A DNA stretch of 64,000 bases. Origin: Azolla caroliniana (lineage: Eukaryota > Plantae > Polypodiophyta). Shown in pieces: positions 63,801 to 64,000 of the stretch (positions are counted from its first letter, which is position 1; every line of letters starts with the position of its first letter). The DNA is taken from positions 15,996,001 through 16,060,000 of the forward strand of contig JBHGNT010000003.1 in NCBI GenBank assembly GCA_043228905.1, written 5' to 3'. The notes beneath the pieces are model-generated. The model was not told the origin of the DNA. It saw only the letters and a list, made by a program, of their open reading frames with translations, and ran no database searches. The translations under genes and the position numbers were made by a program.

Positions 63801-64000
63801 CTATTAGCCTTCACCTTATCGAACACATCGGAGAATTCTATGTACTTCTTTGGTAGTTGGACCCCCAATTCTTGTGAGCTAGATGAGGGAGTTGCTAAAA
63901 CCGCAAATACCATCATGTCTTCCTTTCTTCCATCCTCTCGTAATTGATGTATAGAGATTGTTGAAATTGTGGGGGATCCTAGATCCTTAGTTGGAGCTTC
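60842..64000 (-). CDS. pol: Chromovirus Pol: RT - RNase H - integrase - chromodomain, intact, open to the window edge
   Basis: LDLRGAYNLVRI, YLDD; EADASD, HDKELLAI, NDHKNL, ADALSR; HDTPMAGH..CDTC, SLDFITD, SDRGPQF, GQSERTN, FGPY; chromodomain YEVAAILD..YYLVDWLGY..TWEP. The frame stays open upstream of Met 63916 to 64000. The stop lies inside the LTR. Confidence 0.95.
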   Translation of the reverse strand, partial: EAPTKDLGSPTISTISIHQLREDGRKEDMMVFAVLATPSSSSQELGVQLPKKYIEFSDVFDKVKANRLPEHRPYDCPIDLQPGKEPPWGPIYNLSPTELEVLREYINENLANGFIQHSKSPAGAPIFFVKKKDGTLRMVVDYRGLNKVTVRNRYALPLISSLLERLSEAKYFTKLDLRGAYNLVRIRPGDEWKTAFRTRYGHFEYTVMPFGLTNAPAVFQHMANDIFRDFLDIFIIVYLDDILIYSKTQEEHDIHVRQVLQRLREYGLYAKLEKCSFDQCQVEFLGYIVSSNGISMDPSKVQTILDWQTPQSVRDVQCFLGFANFYRKFIKDYSKIVLPLTQLTHKNRPFVWSIDANSAFEGLKQAFTSAPILIHVDPMRRFILEADASDFALGSVLSQIGDDGELHPVAFHSRKFEAAEINYEIHDKELLAIVDSFQQWHHFLEGSSQQIIVYNDHKNLTYFQSARVLNRRQARWAQFLTRFDFVILYRPGMQQGKADALSRRSYMELQPGEAAFESQKQILLGPDRLRIMAMHTINTPGDSRLLDSIREQIATEAFAQEVLSHIIPNRASSSQTQNPRLDYTQFSWHDGLLFRQTLLYVPDGPSRLKVMQQCHDTPMAGHFGIHKTFELISRRYWWPRLRHFVTDYVRSCDTCCRSKKPRHHPYGLLQPMPIPESPWKSISLDFITDLPPSKGFDSILTVVDRFTKMAHFLPCTKTITSQETADLLMREVFRHHGLPDDIISDRGPQFISKFWRHMFKLLHTSCKLSSGYHPETNGQSERTNQTVEQYLRCFVNYQQDDWVDLLPLAEFAYNNSEHSSTGYSPFFANIGYHPRWTMLEHPELPKNPAAEDRLTRLQEVQDMLLHHLCEAQNTQKKIADRHRRDSSTTFQVGDRVWLLQGSIKTTRPCYKLDYQRFGPYVISGKINDVTFRLDLPPHMRLHPVFHVSLLEPYTTSSIPGRVTPPPPPIDVSNGSEYEVAAILDSKIIRNKLYYLVDWLGYTPNDRTWEPAEHLANASDMVVAFHNQYPHKPSLNSFLPTRATRHRKGGIMS

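Larger units (their letters stand above)
60331..64000 (-). mobile_element. Young Tcn1-like chromovirus, 3' part (3' LTR 60331-60849, PPT 60850-60863); continues beyond the window
   Basis: LTR TGTCGTGA...TCATGACA. PPT AAAAGGGGGGATAA. Uninterrupted pol ORF. Confidence 0.93.

Overview
Eukaryotic, AT-rich, TE-dominated plant DNA. The TE lineages (Tcn1-like self-priming chromoviruses, Tnt1/Tork-like and Ale-like Copia, L1-like LINE) suggest a non-seed land plant, probably a fern (inference). The only host gene is an intronless MBOAT wax-synthase/sterol-acyltransferase-type gene (4168-5256). The rest is nested retrotransposons that can be resolved by LTR termini, TSDs, PBS and PPT. An old chromovirus (7799-37017, TSD CTTTT) holds several Copia elements, a solo LTR, a gag-only element with an 18-nt tRNA-Trp PBS and a 4-bp TSD, and a very young Copia (26203-31540). 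An L1-like LINE is split by a Copia. A Copia is split by a non-chromovirus Gypsy that carries a ~3-kb extra 3' ORF. A chromovirus with an intact RT-RH-INT-chromodomain ORF runs off the right edge. The most unusual signal is a tRNA-derived A-box/B-box module with exact tRNA spacing in the U3 of six LTRs from several families, always antisense to the LTR's Pol II promoter. It occurs in a lineage that primes reverse transcription by self-pairing rather than with tRNA.
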